NCBI GenBank assembly: GCA_017940245.1
Contig: JAGAYZ010000004.1
Span: forward strand, 2,931 to 66,930
Direction of reading: 5' to 3'
Source: Muribaculaceae bacterium
Lineage (GTDB): Bacteria; Bacteroidota; Bacteroidia; Bacteroidales; Muribaculaceae
DNA length: 64,000 nucleotides
Shown here: piece after piece, positions 1 to 9,300 of the stretch
Layout: each line of letters starts with the position of its first letter
Position numbering within the stretch: the stretch's first letter is position 1
Translations under genes and position numbers: made by a program
The notes under the pieces: generated by a model
Told to the model about the DNA's origin: nothing
The model's database searches: none
What the model saw: only the letters and a program-made list of their open reading frames with translations

Positions 1-740
1 GCAACGGCGGTGATGTTGTAGGTGCGGCCGTCGTCCAGGGTGCCGTTGCTCGGCACACGTATGGCGCTGCTGCTGTTTGAGCAATCCACGAGCATCATCG
101 CGCCGGGGGTGCTGCCGGTAGCCATTTCGGTCACCACATAGTAGCCGTTGTAGCCCGCACGCTGGTAGTCGTAGGCCATGTTACCCATCTGAATCCAGTA
201 ATCCACCTGGCCAGCCACAGTGCTGTTGCCGTGGAAGGCGTTGTAGGCACGATTGGTCGAGACAATGAAGGTGATCTGCTTGGCACTGTGGCCCGTTAAT
301 GCCGACGCGCTGAACGTGGCGGGCACGCTCTGGCCTGCCATCGCCACCACGATGGGGTTGCCGCTCGAGCCGGCACCGCTCACAATCTGGCTGCCCATGT
401 AGTTGATGGAGCTGGGCAGGCGCAGGTTGGTGAGCGCGGTGCAGTTGGCAAATGCCTGCTGACCCACTCGGGTGCAGCCATAGTTCACATACACACGTTG
501 CAACGTGGTGTTGCTTACAAACGCCATCGAGCCGATGCGCGTTTGATACACGGTGCCGTTGTAGGTCACGAAACCGGGGATGGTGATGGTCGTCAGCGAC
601 GACGCACTGCTGGTCAGGCCGGTCACCTCGGCCTCGCCATAACTGATGCGGAACTTGAAGTTTCCGCTCTCAAACGATTGCGCTCGCACACCGATGCTCA
701 GCATCAGCACAGCGCAAAATAGGAATAAAACTTTTTTCAT
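1..740 (-). CDS. Secreted BspA-type (LRR_5) surface protein, N-terminal part; runs off the window edge
   Basis: Translated by hand from ATG at 740: MKKVLFLFCAVLMLSIGVRAQSFESGNFKFRI...TITIPGFVTYNG...RVGQQAFANCTALTNLRLPSSI. Signal peptide plus BspA-type repeats; open to position 1. Confidence 0.8.
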   Translation of the reverse strand, partial: MKKVLFLFCAVLMLSIGVRAQSFESGNFKFRISYGEAEVTGLTSSASSLTTITIPGFVTYNGTVYQTRIGSMAFVSNTTLQRVYVNYGCTRVGQQAFANCTALTNLRLPSSINYMGSQIVSGAGSSGNPIVVAMAGQSVPATFSASALTGHSAKQITFIVSTNRAYNAFHGNSTVAGQVDYWIQMGNMAYDYQRAGYNGYYVVTEMATGSTPGAMMLVDCSNSSSAIRVPSNGTLDDGRTYNITAV

Positions 741-782
741 AATAGCTGTTTTTATGATGGTTAATAATATAGCTCTCGAGAA

Positions 783-932
783 CAATTGATAATTAATAAT
801 TAATAATGAATAATTAATAATGAATAATTGCTGCTTCGGTCGCAGATTCGGCCAGACCCGTTTGCGCAGCCCAATTCATAATTCATCATTCTGAATTCAT
901 CATTATTAATTATTCATTATTCATTATTAATT
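783..932. repeat. AT-rich heptamer repeats forming a long inverted repeat around a GC-rich core
   Basis: aattaataattaataatgaataattaataatga (791-823) is nearly the reverse complement of tcattattaattattcattattcattattaatt (900-932). The core ends in tttgcgcagccc. Confidence 0.7.
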
Positions 933-3904
933 TAGCTCACTTTGAGTATGATGTTGATAATGGCGTTCACGTCGGCCACATCCACCTTCCCGTCGCCATC
1001 CACATCGGCATTACCCTGATAGTCGGCAGCAGTCTTGGTCTTGAGGATGATGTTGATCACGGCGTTCACGTCGGCCACATCCACCTTGCCGTCGCCGTCC
1101 ACGTCGCCGACCACACCGGCATCGGGTTGTCCCTTGCAGATCTCGATTTCGCCGGTATATTGCATCCAGCCGCCGTCAAGCACTATGGTACCTCCCGATG
1201 CAACACCGTTCTCGGGTTTGGCAATGTAGCAGTTGTTGAGGTTGAGAGTAGATGCACTGATGGAGCCGTTTGAGGTATAGATGTTAGCATTGTCGATGGT
1301 GAGATTGACCATGGCAAGGCTACTCATAGCAGAAATCGAGCCGCTCGTTGTTGTTCCACTGTCATTGATGATGATGGTAACATCTTTGATTGTCGTCGAT
1401 ACATTGTTAACTGACCGGTCGCACACCAGCTGGATGGCTTGTTTGCCCTTCGAGTTGATGGTCACTGTGCCCGTGCCGGTGATGGTCACGTTATCGCAAT
1501 CTAAGATATTAATACTTCTATATTCATTCTCCCAGCCATTGGTGATCACATTATTGCCGTTGAACACAATGGTCAAGCCCGGGATCTCTGCCTTCAAGTT
1601 ATTATTATTTGCTGTGAGGTTGGCATCGGTGATGGTCAGGGTGTTGGTGGTGGCATTGTAGCTGCAAGTGCCGTCGCCCAGGATGTCGCCGGCATTGACG
1701 CTGGAAACCTGCACACCGCCAACGTACAACTCGAAGTTCTTGGTACCCACTTCTACCGTGGTGCCGGCAATCAGGTTGCCATCGGCATCAACCACGCCGT
1801 GCGCCGATGCGCTCCAGGTGGCACCCACGGGGTTAATGATGGCGTAGTTGTTGAGGTTGAACGCATACAGCATGGCCACACTGGCCGTGCCACCCAAAGC
1901 CATGAACTTGCCGCCCTGCATGTTGAAAGAGCCCTTGTAGGAGGTGCGGTATTCCGTGCCCACGAGACCGTAGGTTTCGCCACGCACATCCAGGATGCCG
2001 TTTTCTACGGTGAGCGCGTTGTTGCACGTGAGTTCCACGGCTATACCCTGCAGCGAGTTCAGGCGGAGGGTGCGGTTGGCGGCATCGGGACAGTAGGTGG
2101 CGGGAGCATTGAGCTTCAGCACGGTGCCGGCATAGCTCACATTGTTCAGGTTGGTACCCGTTGACTTGATTTTAAGTCCGTCGATGTCGTTCTCGATAAA
2201 GGGGACATTGACGCTGGTGCAATTCACCGTGTTGCGGCCGAAGCCGTCGAACGTCAGCGTCTTGTCGCCGTCAAATTTCACCGCACTGGCAAACGAGTTG
2301 TTGCCCAGGATGCGGGTCATGTCCTGCAAGTGATAGTCGGTCAGGGCGATGCCTAAGATCTTTAGGCCGTAGGTGTTGCCCACCCAGCCTATCTCGGCGG
2401 TCTTGGCCACGTTGCCATCGGCGTCGATGAGGTTATAGTTGTAACCTTGCTTTGTCAGCCGCTCGCCGTGACGGAAGCCGTAGGTGTTGTCGCCCGAAGT
2501 GTATTTATACTCCATGGGGGTCACTCCCGCGCCGTTGCCAAAGCACAGGGCGCCATTAGTTCCGGTGAGCTTGGTCACACAACTCTCATAATAGATATGG
2601 CCATAGTCGCCAAGGAATGCCCAGCCATCGCTGGCATTGACCGTGAGCCAGGCGGAATCGTTGGGACCAATGCCGTAGCTGTCGCCGGTGATGGTGAACG
2701 TGTAGTTGCCCGAGGCGTTGGCGTCGGCACTGGCCATGGCCATGTTGTGGTAGATGCCGCTGCGGGTGTTGATCGTCAGGGAAGCGCCTTGATAGATGCT
2801 CAACTTCATGTTGGCCTTGTTATTGTCGATACCTATCGTTGCGCCGCCGCCTAACGTGTTGTTCCCGGAAAAGGATAGCTTGAGATTGTTGATGCCGGGG
2901 GCGACAGTGCCATCGGTCAGGCTGTGGTTGCCGTTCTTCACTATTGCACCACCGCTATATTCTATATTGGCGCCTCTGAAATAAAGCTCATTGGCTTGGG
3001 GGTAGTATTCTACGGTACCGCTCTTGAGGTAGCCGCGGTTTTTTAGTTTGGTGCTTAGATTAAGATTATAAGCAATGTCGGCATTGACCTGCACGCCGCA
3101 CACATACAGCGGGTATAGCTCGGGACCCACGGTGAAGGTGCTTACCGAATTTCCACGTTCATTACACATAGTGTAAATGTCATGTTCAATACCTATTTTA
3201 CAATTTTCGGGGTCTGTTACTCGATTGTTTGAAAGGTCCATCGCTGTCGTGCCTTCGTGCATGCAAGCATAGGGCCGACCTGTGGCTTTAAACGTTCCAT
3301 GCCCGAACATGTATTGAAATGTGGTACTACCCAGACTGCGCACACCGGTAAATCCATCACAAATGACTGTGGGCTCATAACCCACGTTAAGAGTGGTCAC
3401 CGACACTCCACTGCGATTGGCTGCTGTGATGCCGGCACCGGTGCTACTGCCGCCGTGCAGCTCGATAGTGCCGTCGCCTGTAAATTCAAGCCTCGCGAAG
3501 TCATGACAAGCTGTGCCGCCCATGTAGATTGCCGATCCGCCCGAATTAGTGTTAGTGATGATGTTGGTGCCTTTCAAAACTATTTCTATTAGGTCAAAAT
3601 CGAGGTCATTAGCCAGGATTCCGTTCTCACCAAGCCATATCACGCCGGTAGATTTGTTACAACTCAACACTGCATCGGTAAGGTAGAGTCTTCCTTTGAA
3701 AATACCGTTTTCATTAGAGGCCTGAAGCTCAACGGTGCCACTCTGGAGCACGCCACTGCTCTTTAGTTGACTATTCAAGGTTGCCGATGGAGAAATGTGG
3801 TCAGAACTGAGCTGAACATTGCCAATGAACAGCGCATAGTAATCTGTTGCACTGGCACTCATTGCCACCAGCGCAAAAAGGAGGGAGATAATTAATTTTT
3901 TCAT
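932..3904 (-). CDS. Secreted beta-rich repeat protein with C-terminal dockerin-like domain
   Basis: Signal peptide; repeated 'VGGVQV...YxxxTNTLT' modules; C-terminal duplicated GDVDGDGKVDVADVNAxINIILK. Confidence 0.85.
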   Translation of the reverse strand: MKKLIISLLFALVAMSASATDYYALFIGNVQLSSDHISPSATLNSQLKSSGVLQSGTVELQASNENGIFKGRLYLTDAVLSCNKSTGVIWLGENGILANDLDFDLIEIVLKGTNIITNTNSGGSAIYMGGTACHDFARLEFTGDGTIELHGGSSTGAGITAANRSGVSVTTLNVGYEPTVICDGFTGVRSLGSTTFQYMFGHGTFKATGRPYACMHEGTTAMDLSNNRVTDPENCKIGIEHDIYTMCNERGNSVSTFTVGPELYPLYVCGVQVNADIAYNLNLSTKLKNRGYLKSGTVEYYPQANELYFRGANIEYSGGAIVKNGNHSLTDGTVAPGINNLKLSFSGNNTLGGGATIGIDNNKANMKLSIYQGASLTINTRSGIYHNMAMASADANASGNYTFTITGDSYGIGPNDSAWLTVNASDGWAFLGDYGHIYYESCVTKLTGTNGALCFGNGAGVTPMEYKYTSGDNTYGFRHGERLTKQGYNYNLIDADGNVAKTAEIGWVGNTYGLKILGIALTDYHLQDMTRILGNNSFASAVKFDGDKTLTFDGFGRNTVNCTSVNVPFIENDIDGLKIKSTGTNLNNVSYAGTVLKLNAPATYCPDAANRTLRLNSLQGIAVELTCNNALTVENGILDVRGETYGLVGTEYRTSYKGSFNMQGGKFMALGGTASVAMLYAFNLNNYAIINPVGATWSASAHGVVDADGNLIAGTTVEVGTKNFELYVGGVQVSSVNAGDILGDGTCSYNATTNTLTITDANLTANNNNLKAEIPGLTIVFNGNNVITNGWENEYRSINILDCDNVTITGTGTVTINSKGKQAIQLVCDRSVNNVSTTIKDVTIIINDSGTTTSGSISAMSSLAMVNLTIDNANIYTSNGSISASTLNLNNCYIAKPENGVASGGTIVLDGGWMQYTGEIEICKGQPDAGVVGDVDGDGKVDVADVNAVINIILKTKTAADYQGNADVDGDGKVDVADVNAIINIILKVS

Positions 3905-3924
3905 AACTATTTGATTTTAAGTGA

Positions 3925-4164
3925 TTAATCGATATTGGCTTTGGAAGAATCGGTTGCCGTTGCACGTGCCGATGCGTGGGTCGCTGTGGCATGGCCATCG
4001 GTCTGAATGGTTTTGCGCTGTTGCTCGGCAAGTTTTCGCTCAAGCATCATGTCGATTTTTTTCTCGACCTTTTCATTCACCAAGTCTTCCACCTCGAGCA
4101 ACTGGTCGAGATAGTCCATGACATATTTCATGGCCGCTTGGTTGTATTTTGTCTTAGCCATCAT
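3925..4164 (-). CDS. Small helical/coiled-coil protein, first gene of the operon; paralog of 44775..44981
   Basis: Lies just downstream of a TAATTTTG -7 box and 20 nt upstream of the next gene. QAAMKYVMDYLDQLL matches QAALRYTHEYLEWLL in the paralog. Confidence 0.75.
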   Translation of the reverse strand: MMAKTKYNQAAMKYVMDYLDQLLEVEDLVNEKVEKKIDMMLERKLAEQQRKTIQTDGHATATHASARATATDSSKANID

Positions 4165-4187
4165 GAAAGGGGATTATTTTATGTTTG

Positions 4188-4253
4188 CAAAATTACCGCT
4201 ATCGGTAGCTCTGTGCGTTATCATTTCGTCAAGTAATATTGTCATTTCGTGAA
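4188..4253 (-). promoter_or_regulatory. Bacteroidetes -7 box with upstream 21-bp-spaced direct repeat (putative AraC operator)
   Basis: caaaatta at 4188-4195 (TAATTTTG on the minus strand); ttatcatttcgtcaa at 4218 and ttgtcatttcgtgaa at 4239. Confidence 0.7.
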
Positions 4254-4382
4254 AAACGGCATTAAATCAAGCTTTTTGCATCTAAATTGATACATTTATT
4301 AAAAGAAATAATCTTCTTTTATATTTATTATTTGCACGAAGTTTTTGAATTAATTTGTAATTTTGTGCCAAAATCCGATAAT

Positions 4383-6065
4383 ATGACATCAAGACGAGTG
4401 ACATCTTTGGCACTGTGCTGCTTCATGGCGATGACAGCAATGGCTGCCGGCTTCGACCAATTGCTTTCGCAATTTAATGGTAATCCCCAAGTGGCTTCAG
4501 CCAATGCGTTCTTCAGGCAACTCGATAAGGAACAGTTCACCGACGTGCCCATTCAATTTGCCCCCGGAGTTCATCCCGATACCCTCAAGCAACAAGTGTG
4601 GTACTGGGCGGCCGAGTATTTCTACGACCGCCAAGACTATAAAAATGCCGTGTCCTATGGCCTGAAGGCATTGCCGCTGTGCAAGACCGGCAACAACCGC
4701 GTGGTGGAGGGCGATTGCGAGAATCTGCTGGCGGTGATCTACATCCGTCTGGCCGATTATCAAAATGCGGCCCGGCACGCAAAAGTCTGTTATGAGCTGG
4801 ACCAGCGCAGCGGTGACCCCGATGCCATGAGTTCCAGCCTGAACACGCTGGCCGCCATCTACATGGGTGCCCGCCAGCCTAAGGAAGCCGAAAAATATGT
4901 GCTGCGCGGCCTGGAAATGAGCAAGAAAGCCAATAATCCCACTCGCCTGGCCGTGCTCAACGGGATGGCCTCGGAGGTGTATCACACACTGGGCGATGAG
5001 CAAAAGTCGCTAGATTATGCCCGCACGGCTTACGACCTGGAGATGCAGCAGGGACGCAAAGATAAAGCCGCCATGCGACAGGCGCAGATGGGTGCCGCCC
5101 TGCTGTGGCTGGGACGCACCGATGAAGCGAAGGCTGCGCTGCTGCAAGCCATTCCGCAACTGCGGGCCGATGGCAACTTGCAGTCGCTGGGCATTGCCTG
5201 TAACCAGATGGGTGGGGTGATGCTGGCCGAGAAAAATCCTGCGGCTGCCGTGAAATACTACCAGGAGGCGGCCCAAATTTTTGTTAAACTCAAAGATTAT
5301 TATAATGAGAGCCACACGCGGCTAGGGCTATATAACGCCTTGAAGGAGAGTAATCCACAAGCTGCCATGACCGAGATGGAACGCTACAAGGCGCTGAAAG
5401 ACTCCATCTACGACAGCGAGGCAGCTGAGAGCCTGGGCAAATTCAGCGCCGAGTATGCCAACGAGGAACTGCTGCTGGAAAATGCGGCCGAGCGCGCTTC
5501 AAGGAGAAATACGATCATCGTAGGTGTGATTGTGGCTCTGGTACTATTGGCCCTGGCAGCCGTCATCTGGTGGGTGATGCGCCGCCGCAACCACCGCCAG
5601 AGCGCCATCAACCAGGAGCTGAGCGCCAACATTGATGAACTGCGTGAAAAATATAAACAACTGCACATCAATTACGACAATGCGCTGGCTTCAACGCGCA
5701 GCGCAAAGAAAGAAGATGAGCTCACCGATGCCGATCGGGTGTTTTTGCAAAACATGGTTAACACGATCAATGACCAGATCAATGCCGGTCAGATTGATGC
5801 CTCTACAGTGGCCGAGCGCCTGCACCTGAGCCCCTACCAGCTGCGGCAGCGCATCTCCTCCATCACCGGTGAGACTCCGCAGTCGTTTATCCAGATGGTA
5901 AGGATGCGGCGGGCACGGCACTTGCTCGACAATCAGCCCGAGCTCACCATTGCCGAAGTAGCCCAGCTTTGTGCCTATACCGACACACCCAACTTTACCC
6001 GCGCTTTCAAAAACGCCTTCGGCCTCACGCCCTCGCAATACCAGAGCAAAACCGGGGATAACTAG
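4383..6065 (+). CDS. Periplasmic TPR - transmembrane - AraC HTH one-component regulator
   Basis: Signal peptide from MTSRR (ATG 4383); TPR helices; TM helix IIVGVIVALVLLALAAVIWWVM followed by RRR; C-terminal AraC motif IAEVAQLCAYTDTPNFTRAFKNAFGLTPSQY. -7 box TAATTTTG near 4359. Confidence 0.9.
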   Translation: MTSRRVTSLALCCFMAMTAMAAGFDQLLSQFNGNPQVASANAFFRQLDKEQFTDVPIQFAPGVHPDTLKQQVWYWAAEYFYDRQDYKNAVSYGLKALPLCKTGNNRVVEGDCENLLAVIYIRLADYQNAARHAKVCYELDQRSGDPDAMSSSLNTLAAIYMGARQPKEAEKYVLRGLEMSKKANNPTRLAVLNGMASEVYHTLGDEQKSLDYARTAYDLEMQQGRKDKAAMRQAQMGAALLWLGRTDEAKAALLQAIPQLRADGNLQSLGIACNQMGGVMLAEKNPAAAVKYYQEAAQIFVKLKDYYNESHTRLGLYNALKESNPQAAMTEMERYKALKDSIYDSEAAESLGKFSAEYANEELLLENAAERASRRNTIIVGVIVALVLLALAAVIWWVMRRRNHRQSAINQELSANIDELREKYKQLHINYDNALASTRSAKKEDELTDADRVFLQNMVNTINDQINAGQIDASTVAERLHLSPYQLRQRISSITGETPQSFIQMVRMRRARHLLDNQPELTIAEVAQLCAYTDTPNFTRAFKNAFGLTPSQYQSKTGDN

Positions 6066-6101
6066 AATAATTGATAATTAATAATTAATAATGTGGGGCA
6101 G

Positions 6102-6233
6102 CTACTGCAATAGTTGCAGTGCATGTGCCTTGACGGACTTCACCTTCCACATCGCGGGTAACTTGAACTCGGCGCCATGGCTCGACAGTGCCACCAGCGC
6201 ACAACCGATCAAAGTGTAAAGCGTTTTCATCAT
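6102..6233 (-). CDS. Possible 43-aa secreted peptide or remnant of a secreted-protein gene
   Basis: Hand translation MMKTLYTLIGCALVALSSHGAEFKLPAMWKVKSVKAHALQLLQ*; N-terminus resembles a signal peptide. Confidence 0.35.
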   Translation of the reverse strand: MMKTLYTLIGCALVALSSHGAEFKLPAMWKVKSVKAHALQLLQ

Positions 6234-6320
6234 GATGTCGTTATTTCCTTGAGAATCTTATTCAAACGGGAGGGTGCCGCATCTGGCATCCTCTCGCTTG
6301 TCATTAAACCGTGTGGAATG

Positions 6321-9300
6321 TTATTCCACAGTGATGGAGCGGCCGGCACTGTGGGCCGTGATTTGCGGGGCATACTGGCACTGAGCCGTGGCGATGCCCG
6401 CACTGAACTGGCCGGTGGCCGTGACATAGACGTCGTAGTTGATCACGTGGGTTCCCTTCTGCAAGTCGGTGAAGAACAAGTTGGTGATGGCATCCTTGGT
6501 TTCGTGATAATACCATGAGTAGTCGGCCCGCTCGTAGTGACTGGTTTGATCCAGCGGCTCGAAGCAGGCGGCCCGCTCGTCCTTGACGGTGACAAAGTCC
6601 AGGTCTTTGTTGTTCTTAATCACCAGTCGCACCTGCACCTTGTCGCCCACCTTGAAACTGGTTGCCGACGAGAGTGTGCCGTCGTTGTTGTAGCGGTAGA
6701 ACTCCTTGTTGATGCTCAGTTCGGTGATGGCCACCTCTTGAATGTCGGTCATGCGTGCGCGGAACTGCGAGTAGATGGCTCCCCAAGCCGGGCTGTTGCC
6801 TTCGCGCTCGATGATGACCGATGCTCCGGGATGTGCCGGAATGGTCTTTCGGCAATAACCCAAATACTCATCCACCTTGTCGAAGGTCACTTTCTCGCCG
6901 CCCACGGTGACGGTGGGCATGGGGTTGCGCTCCAGCCACTGGCTGCCTGTGCTCAGTAAGCTATAGACGGCATCGGCCGCCAGACTCGACGAGCCCCAGT
7001 CGTTGGTCTGCTTCATCAGCAGCATCCACTTGCGCACGTTGTCCAGTTCCTGCTGGCGCGGATCGCACTCGTTGAGCGCTTGCAGGATGGTGGCGGTGAC
7101 GCCCACCTTGTCGACATAACGCCATCCCATCTGCAAGTTGTCCCAGTACATGCCCAACTCGGGCTTTACCAGAGCGAATTGGCGCACGCTTTCCATGATG
7201 TTGCGGGCTGTGGCTTGGTAGCCGTTGCGGTTGAGCGTCATGGCCGTGAAGGCTTTCTGCCCCAGTGAGAGGCCTTTGCCCCAGTTCTTGTTCATGTACT
7301 TGATGACCTTGTCGAAGAGCGACTTGCTCTCGCCCTTGAGTGGCACATCCTTATAAAGCGTGCGCACGTAGGCATAATCCGAGAGCCATCCCAGTTCTTT
7401 CTTGTTGTGCGACTCCTTGTGCATGCGCAGGGTCTCGCTGTCGAGGTAAGCGACGGCGCGTGTGGTCATTCTCTTGATGGCTTCATCGGCGTGCAAGAAT
7501 CCCAGGTGGCGAATCTCGCCGATCAGCTCGAGCACCGTCTGCGTGGTATAGTAAGACGATTTGCAGCCGGGGTGGGTGAACCATGGCCAGCCACCGTCGG
7601 AGAGTTGCATCTTTTGCAGCGCGTCGATGATTTTGTTGCGCTCGGTGGTCATGAGCGTCTCGTTCATGAGCTCGTCGAGCCGCGACATGCGCAGCGTCTG
7701 GCGGTCGGCCTCACGCACCCAGGGCGATGCCATCAGGGTGCCAATCTTGAGGTCTTGGTTCTTGGCCAGCATCGACACCAGTGTGGAGTCTTCGGCGTGC
7801 GACTTCCAGTAGGCGACAGCCTCTCTGATTTGCGGTTGCGCCTTGGCAACGCCTTGAGCTACCTCGATGGCAAACAGATTGTGTGCCATGCGGGTGGAGA
7901 TTTCATAATTCTCGTCGAAGATGGTGGGCAGGGCCGTCACGCAGTACCACACCGGGTTGTCGCAGTATTCCAGCGTGATGCGTGCGCCATCGGTGAATTG
8001 TGGCAGGTCGGTGACAAATTGTTGCTTGCCGGCCTCGATGTAGAACGGCTTGGTCTCGATGACCGGTGAGATGGCTTCCAGCACCGGAATCATGACCTGC
8101 TCACCATCGCCAAACTCGCTGGTGGCGGCTTTGATGCGGAATCCCACAAAGGGGATGTCGGCAGGCACAGTCCACGGTATCTTCACGGCTTGTGTGCCCA
8201 TGGCATCGAGCGAAACGGGAACCGACTGTGTCTTGTAGATGTCGCCCGAGCGCGGGTCAAAAAGTTCGATGATGGCAGTGGCCTTAGTGGCGGCCTCGGT
8301 AGCATTCTGCACATTGGCTGCCAGGGTCACCACATCGCCGTGACGCAAGAATCGTGGCACGCTCGACTTGACCATGATGGGCTTCTGTGTGAGCACTTCG
8401 CGGCTGGTGCGGTCGGTGTAGAGCTGCTGGTCGTAGCCTATGGCTTGCATCACCCATGTGGTGTTGAACTCGGGAGCGTCAAACTCTATCTGCACATTGC
8501 CCTGGTCGTCGCTAGTGAGCATGGGCATCCACAAGGCCGTCTTCACGTCGGCTTCGCGCAGCTTGATGTTGTCAAGTTGTGCTTGGGCTTCTTGCGTGAT
8601 GACACTCTTTTCTTCGTTGTAGTCGGCCGACATGGCATCGACGGTCTCTTCCATCTCGGCCATTCCTGTGTCGAGGGTGGCATTCATCTGCATGCCCTTA
8701 CGCATCATGGGCATAGCCGATTCCAGCATCATGGCTCCGCCTGCGGCCGCTCCCATGCGGTAACGAGCGCGGCTCAAGTAGCCAAACAGGTTTTGGTCGT
8801 AGGTGTATAGCTCAGGAACGGAGTAGCGAGCCTCGTTGAGCGTCTTGTGCTGCCATTTCAGTTCGGTGCTGTTGTTGCCCACCAGCGACATGGACCGCAT
8901 GGAGAACAGCGACTGGCTGGACAGTGGCACGGAGAATTGCCAGGTGTTGTCGGCCAGGCTGTTGATGGCTTTGTCCATCATCTCCAGCATGAGGGCACCG
9001 GGACGCGGCTTACCGTCTTTGTCAACCAGTTGCATGGTCCAGTGCTCGTGCTCACCAGGAACCAGCTTGTCGCGGAAGGTGGTGATTTTCACCTTGAGTT
9101 GCTGGGCATATTCCGGAGCCCTCATGGTGAACGACTCCCGCAGGGTCTGGCGTTCGTGCGCACTCACCAGTTGCACCGAGATGAACTCCTCGTCGGCTTT
9201 AGGAATGGCAATGTCGAGCGTGTGCATGCCTGGCTTGTAGTGCAACCATCCTTGTGCCACAATTTTGTGGCGCGATTGGGCAATATAATAAATGTGCGAC

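Noticed and set aside
4287-4382. Upstream extensions of ORF-track starts (also 37642, 43996, 46783, 53723, 54758, 60662)
   Set aside because: Downstream ATGs give proper signal peptides or family N-termini, and several extensions overlap promoters or neighbouring genes.
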